Shown: piece after piece, positions 30,710 to 46,135 of the stretch | Position numbering within the stretch: position 1 is the first letter of the stretch | Layout: each line of letters begins with the position of its first letter | Assembly (NCBI RefSeq): GCF_009914755.1 | Contig: NC_060936.1 | DNA length: 64,000 nt | Reading direction: 5' to 3' (one strand) | Source of the DNA: the human T2T-CHM13v2.0 reference genome, Homo sapiens | Position numbers and translations under genes: made by a program | Notes under the pieces: generated by a model | What the model was told of the DNA's origin: nothing | Database searches by the model: none | What the model saw: the letters and a program-made list of their open reading frames with translations, nothing else

Positions 30710-30940
30710 AGTGATAGCTACTTGAACATCTATTGTGCACCGAGATCAGTATTAATAATGAACATATTTTACTTCATTTAATCCTCTTGACACAGAGAGA
30801 TCAATTCCACTTTTGTCCTTGGTTTATAGATGAGGAATTTAGGGCTTAAGCGTCTTGCCAAAAGTTGCCAACTTAGCGTGGAGTTCAGTAAGAGTAAGTT
30901 GCAGGTCTGTCTGATTACAAAGTCCGTTTTCTCAACCAAT
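30710..30940 (-). mobile_element. MIR
   Basis: tcatttaatcctc...ttatagatgaggaa...cttgccaaaag. Confidence 0.65.
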
Positions 30941-31689
30941 GCCAATTCTGCCTCTCATAGGAATATGTGCTGCATTGTTCAGTGAAGGCTGGCTATTAAA
31001 TAATAAGCATAGCTTTCAAGCCCATCTTTTTAAGTACCAAAAGGTCATGCAGCTAAATGTAAAAAGTTGTTTTCTCTGGGCAGTTAATTATGGGAGAGTT
31101 TTGTGTGTGTTTATGATTTTTGTAATTAGAGCTCAACAAAAGCAATAAAAGTCTCTGTGTGTTTTTCTTCCCTACTCAACCCCTCTATCTTTCTCCCCTG
31201 TGGCCTTCAGACCAGCTCTGGAGTTCTCTATTAATATAAAGCTAGCATGGCCTCTTCCCCTTGGCCTCCCGGCTTTGCAATTTCAGCACAGTTCTCTAGA
31301 TTGCTTCAAATTTGCTAGCATTCTGGATGCTGAGTTAGTTGCAAATTTTTCACCTCCAGAAACAGAAGTGTTGTTTCTTAGCTAAGGGCTTGAATAATAC
31401 ATTTGCAAAAAAGCCAGGTCTCTAACATTTTGCCATTTAGGGTATGGACTTGGTAATGGCCTCAGCTCCTGGAGTCAGGGCCAGGGGTCTTTGGTGACAA
31501 GAAAAAGACTTAATCTGCTCATAAGAGGCTGGACTTGGAGAATAACTGGAAGTGAGTGAGAATCTGTTGCCAACACTGAGACCAAAAATGGTCCATTCTC
31601 AAACAGCATCTCAGGGGGTGGGGATTTATCTGAGTTTATCCTGTATTTGGAGGTAATTCCAGTGGGAGCTAACTCCTGGGCTCTGATAT

Positions 31690-32670
31690 TCATGCATGCA
31701 TTCATTCACAAAGGCAATATATATTGGGCACTGACTCTCTCCCACACTTTGCTAAATGTTGAAAAGTCAGCAGTCAGGAAGAACGACCCATTCTCACCTC
31801 TGTGGAGTTCACAGACTTGGAATTCATGGGGAAGACAAACACTGAACAAATGTTCAAATGTTTAAATGTAACAGAAGGTGGAAATGCAGGCTGCTATGGA
31901 AGAGAGTTAGCTGAGCCTGAGAATTTAGGAAAGACAGCCCCAGGAAATGATGTTTAAGTGGAGTGTGGAAGGATGCTTAGGAATTAACCAAGTGAAGAAT
32001 GAAGCAAGAGAGTGTTTCAGGCTGAGGGGGTGACATTGCAGGACGTGAGATTGGGGAAAAGCAGGTGCTATCATCTGTCTGAAGGAATGTATGATGCACA
32101 GATGCAAGGCAGAGAGAGGTGTGAGCGGGCTGAAGGGGAACCTCGAGCAGACACAGAGGGTCCAATAAACCACATCAAAATGTTTGTATGCTATCCTAGG
32201 GATGATGAGAAAAATGCTGCTGATAGATTTAACTGGGGGAAAAAGTTTTATTTTTAGGTGTCTTCACAAGTGAAGGCAATTAGAACTGAGAATGAAATGA
32301 CTTCTTTGTGATAGAAGATGCATTTGTGCTAATACATTGTCCTTTCATTCAACAAATATTTATGCAATGTCTACCACAAAACAGGCACAGTCCTGGATTT
32401 TGGGGAAATGGAGGGGAAACAGATTTCTAACTACATGAAGCTTACAGTCTAGTGGAAAGAGACAGGCAGTAAACAAAAGAACAAAAGAGTAGATAATGTA
32501 ATACTGGGCGTCACTAAGAGTAATGAAGAAAGGAGAGTAAGAGGGAGGAATCATGTGGAAATCTGGGGAGGTGGGATGAGTGATGATATTCCTAGTAGGT
32601 GGTCAAAGACATCCTTCAGAAGTTATCATTTGAGCAGGGAACTGAAGGATGCGAGGGAATGAGTCAGACC
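31690..32670 (-). mobile_element. L2 fragments (3' ends at ~31690 and ~32345)
   Basis: gcattcattcac; tttcattcaacaaatatttatg; gaagcttacagtctagtgg. Confidence 0.6.
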
Positions 32671-32823
32671 TCTTTCGACAGAGTTTATGATGTGGTCTCC
32701 CCGTTATGAGCTTTTTGGGTGGCCAGCTATCTTTGGGAGGCAGGTGGGGCTTTGGAACAGTGAGGGATGCTGGCATTCCCTCCGTCAGCCGAACCCACGA
32801 CCTTGTACCTTTAACCTTGGTAC

Positions 32824-33061
32824 AGGAGAGGAGGAACAGGAGGAGGAGAGTGAGAGAAATTGATTGCCAACCTTAGTCCAGTGAAAACTTTGCTCCGATA
32901 ATATTTCCTTGGCCTGACCAATCCAGATCAACAATCCTCTTCTTTGGTGATTGAATAAGGGAAGAAGCTCTGTGAGTAAGACTAAACAAATTTACTTCTA
33001 CTTTTGGCTTTTTTTTTTTCCCTATTAACCAACATTTCTTATCAACCAGGCACCCTGAGGA
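32824..33061 (+). repeat. dispersed direct repeat, copy 1 (copy 2 at 41068-41290)
   Basis: 84/98 identity gap-free between 32859-32956 and 41098-41195; similarity continues to aggcaccctgagga. Confidence 0.9.
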
Positions 33062-33544
33062 AGACCCAGGCCTACCACTCCACAAATGAGATGTCCAACC
33101 CCAGAATTCACAGCCCATTCTGAGCTGCCTCCCCATGACTACTTAATGGCTGCTTCGGCCTCATTTCCTGATCACTAGTTGCTATACTGGATGTTTGTAG
33201 TTACTGACCTTTTTATTGAAAAACAGAGACTAGCCTGATCAAACTTGGGGCAGAACTGACACTGCTGCCCAAGCAAATTATAGCAATGTATCGCTGAGAT
33301 GAAAATCTCCTGGTGATATAACAGGCATCTATTAGGGAGCCCGAGTTAGAGCTTTGCTCATTAATCAGAGCCTCCTGATAAAGTCTGCCACAGCCAGAGC
33401 GGTGTGTCCTTTCTTTCTTTTTAAAGATATAAAACACTATCATTGTCTTTATTGATCTCTACTACTATTATTGTCAGAATATACTCTTTCAAAGTCATCA
33501 CCTGCAGCTTCCCTTCATACAGCCTGTCCTTCAGCCTTGTATGC

Positions 33545-33780
33545 AGAGAGGGTAGTGGGAAAGAGTAAAGGTTTGATGTCCGGTGTTTGGTGTTTAAACC
33601 ACCGCTCTTTGACTTACAGGCTGGGTGACCTTGAACACATCACTTCACTTCCTTGAGCTTCAATATACCTGCCATCAAATGGGAACAATCATGTTTACCT
33701 CCCTGAATAGTCAAGAGGATTAAATTAAATAGTGAGGTAGGTGCTTCCTACAAATGGCTCCTCAAAAATGTAGCACATAA
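33545..33780 (+). mobile_element. MIR
   Basis: gctgggtgaccttgaacacatcacttcacttccttgagcttca. Confidence 0.65.
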
Positions 33781-33789
33781 AAATGACTT

Positions 33790-33917
33790 ATAGCATCTTT
33801 TAGAGTTCAGATTCATGAGCTCTATCAACAGAGACTCTGACCCAGTAGGCTAGGGATGCTTATCCCCAGGTGATTTTGTGCGAAGAGTTTTTTTAGGATA
33901 CACTTGGAAAAACATTG
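33790..33917. mobile_element. MER5-like fragment
   Basis: agagactctgacccagtaggctagg; ccccaggtgatt; cacttggaaaaacattg end. Confidence 0.45.
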
Positions 33918-35559
33918 TTCTATCATTTTGTTTTGCTGAAAATTTTCTCCTACTATTTCCTCAGCCTGCATTGTACAATGTTCAGCTCTGCCTTTACTTC
34001 CAGACCCACCTTTGATGCCTCCTCTTTCATAATTTCCCACCTCCTTTCCCAATTTCCCTAGATTTGAAGGCATTTGTCTTTCCTCTGACTGCCCACACAA
34101 GTATCTCTCTTCTGATTATGTACCTCTTATTATAGGTTATAGACTAAACGTTATCTGTTAGAAACATGAAAGTAATGCAGATATACTAGATATACATTAT
34201 TCACTATGTATTACTTTCGCAGTAAAGCAGATTAACACACAATATTGTAATAGAGATAGATAGCATATTTTATAGATATCTTCCTTCATGCACTCAACTA
34301 TTTTTTGAGCATGTACCGTGTGCCAGGCACTGAGCTAGCTACTGGGGATAGAGTAGCTAGGCACCGCTAGGATCTAAGCATGGAACCTAGAATCTATTTA
34401 TCTCTCCTTCCCTAGATTGAAAGCTCTTCGTAAGTTCCTCAGCTTCTAAACCCCTTTATAATCCAGTTGCTACTGAGTAGAATAACATCAAGGTTTTTGA
34501 AGGACACAAGCTGAAGCAAAGTTTACCCATCTGTAAGATCCAACTTGTGCCTATGGGTCATGGTCAAACACTCTCTCCTTGAAATTGAGTTAAGTCTCTT
34601 TTTAGATTTTCAGGGTTTTTTTGTCGTTTTTTTTTTTTGGCAGCCAAGGCATTATCCACTCCCCTGGGTTTGTGCATTAGTCATATTTGCAGCAGCTGGA
34701 CTAACATCTTTGGGCTTTTGCCATGTATTCATTGCTTCTAGCTAATTTCCTTCAGATTTGATTGCTTTTTGAAAATTCCATTTCCAAATGAGGAAGCATT
34801 ATGGATTCCTCAGTGACTTCACACTATATAGACTTTCATTCATTTATTTAGTCACCCATTCACTCATTTAACAAGAACTGAATGTACACCCATCCACGTG
34901 CCTGACACTGTGCTGGCTTAAGCCTCACTGCTACAGGAGTCTAATAAATGTTGGTGGAATTAATGTTATATTGGCAAATAATCTCCATTTCTAGCTTTGG
35001 GAGTGTTGTTGTCTTTACCAGGCGGTGGGTGTGTGAATGTCATTGACCCAGTCATTTCTGTCATCTAAGCCAATGGTGCATTGACTGGCTTTGATGCACA
35101 GCTATCAAGGACATTAGAGTCTATTATCCTCAATGCACTGGGACGTGTTGTGTGCGACCAAAACGTTGATGTGCCAACAAGGGAGGAAGGGAATGCAGAT
35201 TTTTACATTTGCAATAAAACTCCCATCAATCACACCACCAAGACTCAGAGCAACTGAACTAATATCTGAGCTGTGAGATTGCACTTTCTCTGATTTTCCT
35301 GTCAATAGGAAATGTTTGTGCATTCCAAATCACCGGCTGATACAAACACTCAAAGACAAGGGAGAAGGAAACATAAACAAGGAAACAGAAACATCCTGTC
35401 AACCTGCCCAAAGTGTGCTAATTACATTTAAGTCAGCACTGGGTACCAGATATATATTGGGCTCATATTCATTCCTTATTCTGCTGTAAATGTTACCCAG
35501 CTCATCAGCACAGCCCAAGAATGAACAGGTATAGCATTATTAATGAAGTCCTAATCAAT

Positions 35560-35770
35560 GTCATCATTATCATTGTTATCATAGCAAATACTCATATAGG
35601 TTTGCCAGGTAGCCAAAAGATTACATGGGTTATTTTTAATTCCTTGAAAGCAGTCTACAGGAGATATACTATTATTATCCTCATGTTATAGATGAGGGAC
35701 TGAGACACAGAGGATAAGTGACTTTCCCACATAAATGTCAAGCCTGGGATTTGCTCCCAGGTCCTTTTTT
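35560..35770 (-). mobile_element. MIR
   Basis: tattattatcctcatgttatagatgagggactgagacacagag. Confidence 0.7.
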
Positions 35771-36135
35771 AGATACCTGAGGCAGGTGAACTTCCAACGG
35801 GATTGGCTTCTCACCAGAAAATAGCAATTGGATAGAGTGCAGGATCATTTACTTCAGCCAACTGACTTGTAAGAACAAAGCTGATAATTGGTTAATCTTG
35901 AGAAATAGATCTGAACAAAACTGGTGGCCAGATCCTCTCATAAGTGTGGGCCTGAAGCACAGGTTCCATTCCTCTGAGTTCTGAGAATCAGCCACACCGA
36001 TGTGAACAAAACATAGTTCATGCCATCAAGATGCTTTTAGTCTGGTGGTGGGTGAGGGGATGAAGGGAACTCTGGGAGGAGCACCAGGTCTGTGGGGCTA
36101 GAGAAGGAGCCCTAAACCTATTCATTCAGGATTAG

Positions 36136-36413
<278 letters not shown>

Positions 36414-36458
36414 AAAACCTACTGTTTTAAGGATAATCTTACTGTAAGGGCAAGTTTG

Positions 36459-38940
<2,482 letters not shown>

Positions 38941-39505
38941 AAGGGCAAATTATTCTTGACAGTTGTGCATTCATTAATTGCTTCTTTACATAAAGCAGTC
39001 AGGAAAAAGTTCAGAACACTAAGCGACAGTAACCTATCAGTTCAGCCTTCCCCCACCCCACTCCACGCCCCACCCAGCAAACCTTTTTATTTTCTACTGA
39101 AGGTACCATTAAGAATAACCCGTTATTACCCCATTGGTTTTTCAACTCTTTGCTCATGAGGCTCTCTTCTTACAAAATTTCAAAGGTCTAACTAAAATGA
39201 AAGCATGCCCATTTTCCTTGTCTTGCCTAGATCTTGGGAAAATGGGATGGAACAAGATTTATTCAGGTGAAACTCCTTGACCACAACCTGGTCTCTACTT
39301 CACTGCTCCTTCCCCAGGACAAATGACCTGCCTTCCACTTTGTACCCAGAATAATTGATAGTGATAAAATCCAGTTACAATTTTTTTTTTTCTGTTTGGT
39401 CAGGCTTCTCCTAGACTGTGATAGAAGTAACTAGCAAGCAAACAAAAATTTTTGTGATGTAAAACAAGATGAATTTAGTGAATAGCTCCAACGATTTTGT
39501 TTCTT

Positions 39506-39582
39506 CCCTTGTTGTAACTCAGGGATTATCTCATGGGCATGAGACCCCTTGTTGTAACTCAGAAATTATCTCATGGGCATGA
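39506..39582 (+). repeat. 40-bp-period tandem duplication, 2 copies
   Basis: cccttgttgtaactcag(gg/aa)attatctcatgggcatga at 39506 and 39546, 35/37 identical. Confidence 0.92.
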
Positions 39583-40432
39583 AGTAGCCCAAATCTTTTG
39601 GTGCTGTGATCCCCAAATGGCCATTTGTATCTGTATCTGTATCTACTTACCTACAAAGGAAGGAAACCTACAAGGGAAGGAAACAATGTATCCATCTCTA
39701 TGTCTACAGGGAAGTAAGCAGTAACATATAGAAAAGGCCCGGGAATAACCCAGCTGCAGAAACAGGACTGTCCAAGGGTCCCCTGACACTAATTCTTGGA
39801 GGAGGGGACATTTAGGCTGAAATATGAAGGATTAGTTAGGGAAATAGAATGCCCCAGGTAGAGACGATATGTCTGCAAAAATCTGGAGAAAGGAGTGAAT
39901 CCAGTGTTTCCCAAGGTGTAACAAACGCTGGAAGGTAAAAAGCAGAACAGAAGTGCAAAGGAAGAAGGTTAGTGTAGGTAAGCAAGGGCCAGAAAATGGT
40001 GAAATTGCCTTGAAGTAAGAACCCTGATGTTAAGAGTTGCAGAGTGGAGATGGATTTGAGGAGGAAGAGTTCTGCTTTGGTGAAAGATTTCTGTTTAGGG
40101 AAAAACTCCAAGTATTTCTTATTATGTGTCCACATTTACTCATTTTATTGTCAGTTTATGATTAATGCTTTCATGTCTAAGAGAGACCATCTCACACATT
40201 CTAGTTACAGCCTAATATTTCCACAGGAATACTAACAGATGCAATTTTATCTTCAACTCCAAGTCTACGTCACTGATGCCATTTCCACTTCTCTCAACTT
40301 CATCATCAGCATTTAAAGTAACCCAGCCTGCCTGCTATTCTCTTTTCAGTCCAAGACTTTCCTAGGCACTCCCTCCTTCATCCTTCACTCCCAGTCATGG
40401 TTTTCCTCTGGGGGAGGCATTTCCTGGACAGG

Positions 40433-40732
40433 TTCTGTTTGGTTTTGTTGTAGACAGAGTCCCGCTCTGTTGCCCAGGCTGGAGTGCAGTGACACAATCT
40501 GGGCTCACTGCAACCTCTGCCTCTTGGGTTCAAGTAATTCTTCTGCCACAGCCTCCCAAGTAGGTGAGATTACAGGCATCTACCACCACAAGCAGCTAAT
40601 TTTTGTATTTTCAGTGGAGACGGGGTTTTGCCATGTTGGTTAGGCTGGTCTTGAACTCCCCGCCTCAAGTGATCTGCCCACTTCCACCTCCCAAAGTGCT
40701 GGGATAACAGGTATGAGCCACCGCACCTGGCC
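40433..40732 (-). mobile_element. AluS
   Basis: full dimer; TSD tcctggacagg. Confidence 0.93.
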
Positions 40733-41067
40733 CTCCTGGACAGGCCTTTGAGTTGGAGTGAATGTTTGAAGGGTACTGTCAAGAGCATGCCTGCCATCAA
40801 GTGAACACGTGAATCCTGCTCCCAAGCCACTCTTTCTCCCTCCAAGTTTTGGAGGCCATGAGGATCTCTTTCTTTGTCTAAACAAGCAGAGAGTCTTTCC
40901 TGTGGGCTTCACTCTAGTTTCCCTTGAGATTCCAAAAGGGCAGGGGAAATGTCCCTTCTGCCTGAGAGGGAGGTGGTAGTATCTTTTTTCCAATCTCATG
41001 AAGAGAAAAGAAAGATGAGTGAGAAGAAGGAGAAGAGAAGAGGAAGAGAAGAGTAGAAGGAAGAGGA

Positions 41068-41290
41068 GGGGGAGGAGGAACAGGCAGAGAGGGAGACATT
41101 GATTGCCAATCTCAGTCCAGTGAAACCTTTGCCCCAATAACATGTCCTTGGCTTGACCAGTCCAGGTAAACTATTCCCTTCTTTGGTGATTGAATGAGGA
41201 AGAGGAAGCTCTGTGAGTATGAATAAACAAATTTACTTCTACCTTTGGTTCTTTCTCTTATTAACCAAAATTTCTTAGGCACCCTGAGGA
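41068..41290 (+). repeat. dispersed direct repeat, copy 2
   Basis: see 32824-33061; preceded by a GA-rich tract at ~41000-41080. Confidence 0.9.
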
Positions 41291-41585
41291 GAAGAAATCA
41301 ATGCAGTAAGTTGGAGTGGGATAATAGATGCCCTATGTATATAGGCTTTTATAGGGCTAGGGACTCTCAGCCCTTAGGTGACAGAATACTTTAGATCCTT
41401 CAAGAAGAAATATTTATAGTCTGAATTCTTAGGGCTTTTCACATTAACCAACGACCTTCCCAGATTCTACAAAGCTGAAAAAAAAAAACTCACACTTTAA
41501 ATTTGAAGACATAATTGGTTAAAGTTATTTGCAGGGGGTAGGGCACACATTAGCAAGATGTGGCCATGTTAAGTCACACCGTTTT

Positions 41586-42106
41586 GTGTCAATTAGTTTC
41601 ACAGCTTAACAAACCACCTCTAAGCAAGCAATAGCATTTATTATTGCTTACCAGTCTGCAGGTCAACTGGGCAGTTCTACTGGTCTAAGACAAGATGAAC
41701 TGATTTTGGCTGGGTTTTCTCATGAATCTGTGGTCAGGTTGCAGTCGGTGGAGGCTTGCTAGTCTAGGATGGCCTTGCTCACTTGCCTAGAAGTCGGCTG
41801 GCTGTTGGATGGTGTGAGGGGCGGTAACTGGGCTATGTATCTCCCACCATGCAGTAGAGTATGCCAAGCTTTTTACAAGAAAGTTGAAATGTGCATGTTT
41901 TCAGCCTTTTGAGCCCTAACCTTGGAACTTGCATGCATTCACTTCTGATATCTTCTTTTTAGCCAAAACAAGTCATTAGCCTAGCCCATATCAAGGATTG
42001 GAAAAGAGTTTTTGCCTCTTGATGAGAGGAGCTGTTAGGTCATTGTGCAAGAGGTGTGCAGAGAGGGATGAAAAGTTGCAGATATTTTTGCAATGAATCT
42101 CCTTCA
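41586..42106 (-). mobile_element. MLT1H/G-like MaLR LTR
   Basis: taacaaaccacc...catttattattgct...gtctgcaggtcaactgggcagttct; cctcttgatgagaggagctg. Confidence 0.65.
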
Positions 42107-42829
42107 GGCCTTAAGGAAGCAAAAGGTTTCTGAGAGATACCAAACCTGTGAAGTGAGTTTCATAACCTATGCAACTGACTTCATGGATTTTTGACAGATC
42201 TATCACATTTCTGAAAGTTATGAGATTTTTTTCCCCTCGGGGAAGGCAGGGTAGGAGGGTAAAGCATACCCTCCCTCCCCACCTTCCTCCTACCTTCCCA
42301 ATGCTATGGTGATGCCCACGCCATGCCCCAGTTACCTGTAATCTGTGTTTAATGGAGTCGATTGAGGAAGTCAGCGAGATGGAAGAAAGATGCCAAGAAC
42401 GAGGCAGCAGAGAAACAAACCCAGACTCTTACTCACTTCCCGACTCTGCCAGATGCTCAGACCCCTTCCAGATGGATGAATCAGAGCCTTTCCAGAGCTC
42501 TCAGCTCGGGCCTGCCATTGCCACACAGGTATTTAATATGGGAAAATTTTAATCACGTTTGTTTTCCCATGTTTTGTTCTAACGACAAATCATTTTTAAT
42601 GGGAGACTAGGGGGTGGAAAAAAAAGATGTAGCAAATCTTGGCTGACGGTTTTATCACTAGTCTCAGATCTCTGGTCCCAGGGCTGGATTTGCCACCAAC
42701 TGCAAATCATCCTGAGTGAATGAGATGCGCAGGAAGTAGAAAGAGGGGCTACAAAGGACCCATGGTGTCCCTGCCTCCTATTTGTCCACCACCTCCCAAT
42801 AAGAATTCAGGGACAACTACTCTGTTCTA

Positions 42830-43030
42830 GTTGTTACATTTTAATCCTCTCCATAATCCTGCAGGGTAGGAAATTGCTCTTCCTAAATGGCATCGTGGGA
42901 ACTGATGCTCTGAGGTCCCCAGTGACTTGCCCAAGTTCACCTAGCCAGTAAGTCATGGAGCAGGGGCTTAAATCCAGGTCTGTTTCACCTGACAGCCTGG
43001 GTTCTTCACCGTGGCACCATGCTGCCTCTC
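42830..43030 (-). mobile_element. MIR
   Basis: ttaatcctc...gtgacttgcccaagttcacctagccagtaag. Confidence 0.7.
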
Positions 43031-43092
43031 TTTACAAATCACATTTTAAAATTCCTTGATAGTTACAACTTCTCTTAGAGAAGTCTATTTTC

Positions 43093-43184
43093 TTTTTTTT
43101 TTTTTTTTTTTTTTTGAGGCGAAGTCTCACTCTTGTTCCCCAGGCTGGAGTGCGATGGCACGATCTCGGCTCACTGCAACCTCT
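43093..43184 (-). mobile_element. severely 5'-truncated Alu (about 70 bp plus T23)
   Basis: Alu 3' end only; TSD ga(a/g)gtctatt(t/g)tct. Confidence 0.88.
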
Positions 43185-43568
43185 GAGGTCTATTGTCTAA
43201 GTATGTTTACAGACATGGAGAGGTTCACTTTGTCATGGGCAAATATGCCATTCAAGGCCCCATGTATGGATCCTGGCAGGGCCAAGCCAAAAACCCAAGT
43301 CTTCTGAAAACGTGGAGACTCCGTGGTTCATTGCCTTCCGTAAATAAGGCAGAAACCCTATCACCCCTGACTCTGACTAAGCCCTCGCCTGGATCACCTG
43401 AAGTATGTCCATCTTTGTGGTAGAAAGACCATTGATTTTAGGAGTTTTAAGGAGACCTGGGTTTCTAAAGTGGAATAATGGTAGCAAGGCATATAATTTT
43501 TATTTTATTTTTCAACTATACCTACCTTTAAAAATTATATGAATAATATTTGACTATATCTGGAGTAG

Positions 43569-43896
<328 letters not shown>

Positions 43897-44019
43897 TGAA
43901 AAATACTTTAGTGAGTATCACCAACAGATGAAGACTTTTTAAAAAGAACATATTCACAATCATGTAGCTTATCGTAGCCTTACTTTATTCACTTGTAAAA
44001 TGGCATGAAATACCCAGGA

Positions 44020-44900
44020 AGTTCGATTAAGAGTAATAAATGAGAAATTGCAGTGAAAGATGTAAGTGAAGAGCCAGGAATTATTCCTGCATAAATCAAG
44101 AGATAGTTTTTCAGCAGAAGGCAGGTGGTTAACAGCATCAAATGTTACCAAGAAGCCAAATAGAATGAAAGCTGAAAAGTAACCATTGAATTTGGTATTG
44201 GGAGGTCCCCAGGGATCATTAGAGCTATTTTGATGGAACTATGTGGATGGAAGCCAGATGGTAAAGGAAGTAAGGGATGATGAAATAGAAATAGTGAATC
44301 TAGACTATATTTTCTAGATATTCGAGCAGTGGAAGGTTGGGGGAAGCTTCTACTCTTAGGGAGAAGCCAGGAGCAAATGACAGTGCTCTTTAGGGTGAGG
44401 AAACATGAATTTCTTGTTGTGGGTAAGGATATAGTCAAGTTGGTGAGCTTGAATATGTAGGAGTGAGAAGGAATAATTGACAGAACAAGGTCATTCTGAA
44501 GTAGGAAGAATTGGTATCAATAGCACAAGGAGAGGAGCTGGCACTTGAAAGAAGGAAGAGCTCTGCCATCATCCAATGTGCATCTATTGAGCTCTTCTTG
44601 TATGCAGTGCACAGAACACTGTATAGGACAATGAGGGATATAATGAGAAACAAGGACTGGCCTTCTTGTCAAGGTTTGCACAGTCTACTGATTGCTAAAA
44701 GCTAACTAAACAGACAATGCCAGTTGTGCAGAGAGGGTCAAGAAGAATTTGCAGAAAAATCTATCTGAGACTGGGAATGTAAGTACAAGTAAATGAGTGA
44801 GAGGAATGAGGGAAGAATGCTCCTGGCAGAAGGAATAATGTGTGCAAAATCTGGAGGCCAGAGCAAACACCATTAAACTTTTACTCTCGGGAAGAACGGA
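44020..44900 (-). mobile_element. L2 fragments
   Basis: gtggttaacagcatcaaatg; ggatggaagccagatgg; ctattgagctc; cctggcagaaggaataatgtgtgcaaa. Confidence 0.6.
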
Positions 44901-44934
44901 AATAAGTAAGCATGGGTAAAGATGCAGGTAAGTA

Positions 44935-45227
44935 AAGCGTGGTGGCTCATGCCTGTAATGCAGGCATTCTGGGATGCCAAAGTGGGAGGACTGCTTGAGC
45001 CCAGGAGTTCAAGACCAGCCTAGGCAACATAGTAAGATCCCATTTCTTAAAAAAAAATGAAAAATAAAAAAATTCTGGGCATGGTGGTGCACACCTGTAA
45101 CCCCAGCTACTTGAGAGACTGAGGCAGGAGCATCTCTTGTGCTCAGGAGTTTAAGGCTGCAGTGAGTTATCATCACTCTACTGTACTCCAGTCTGGGAAA
45201 CAGAGCAAGACCCTGTAAAAAAAAAAA
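44935..45227 (+). mobile_element. AluJ
   Basis: TSD aagatgcag(g/a)taagt. Confidence 0.88.
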
Positions 45228-45419
45228 AGATGCAGATAAGTTTGGAGATGAAAGGCAAAGTGGCCAGAGTACATATTGAATGGCTTATGTTTTCTTGGAG
45301 AGTTTGAGGCTGAGAGAGTTCATCGGGGTGATAGAGACATATTGAGCAGAGCTCATTAGAATGGAGATGAGATGAGCCCATTTATTATGTATTTAAAGGG
45401 CAGGCATCGACTTTCACCA

Positions 45420-46135
45420 TGGAGAAAGTTTTCCTACTTCTCACCTCCACTGTCAGGAAGTAGTCCAAGTTATCCTTGCCTTTCCCCTAGATCACAGAAA
45501 TAGCCTCTTTTATTGGTCTTTGCCCATCCATTCTTGTCTCCTCCATTTCCTTCTCCATGCAGCAGCCTTTTAAAAAGATGACATAACTGCCTTGTTTAAA
45601 ACCCTCTGATAGCTTCTCATTGTACTTAGAAAAAAAATCTAGGCCCTTTGCCACATCCTGCAAAGCCCAGTGTGTTTTCTTTGTCCACCTCTGCAGCCTC
45701 ACCTCAAGCTTCTTATTTCACTCTGTTCCAGCCACTCTGCCTTCTTTTCCCTGGATCTTCCTCTTACCTCCTGGCCTTTGCACATATGGCTTCCTGTGGC
45801 TGGATTCCTCTTGTGTCTGTTCTTTCTTTAGACCTTAGCTCTATCATCACCAACTCCAGGAAGCTCTTCCTAACTTCACAGAAGAGGTCACATTTCCCTC
45901 TTTACAGCACTAGCAGAATTGTATACCTCTTCCTGTGGGCACTTAATAGACGGGCAAGTTCACATTTAATTGCCTAATTATCTGATAAACATCCCTCTCA
46001 ACCATTACTGTAGGTTCCATGAGAGCAGTTCCACAAGTGTCTATTTTTACCTCTCTCACTATTATGACCCCAGGATCGAGTGAAGGGTCTAACACAGTAG
46101 ACACTCAATAAATACTTTATAAATGAATGAACAAA
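45420..46135 (+). mobile_element. L2 3' region
   Basis: ggcctttgcacat; ccaggaagctcttcctaac; cactcaataaatac...aatgaatgaa end. Confidence 0.7.

Noticed and set aside
42352-42552. 66-aa acidic ORF with ATG start
   Set aside because: No recognisable homology, promoter or strong splice sites
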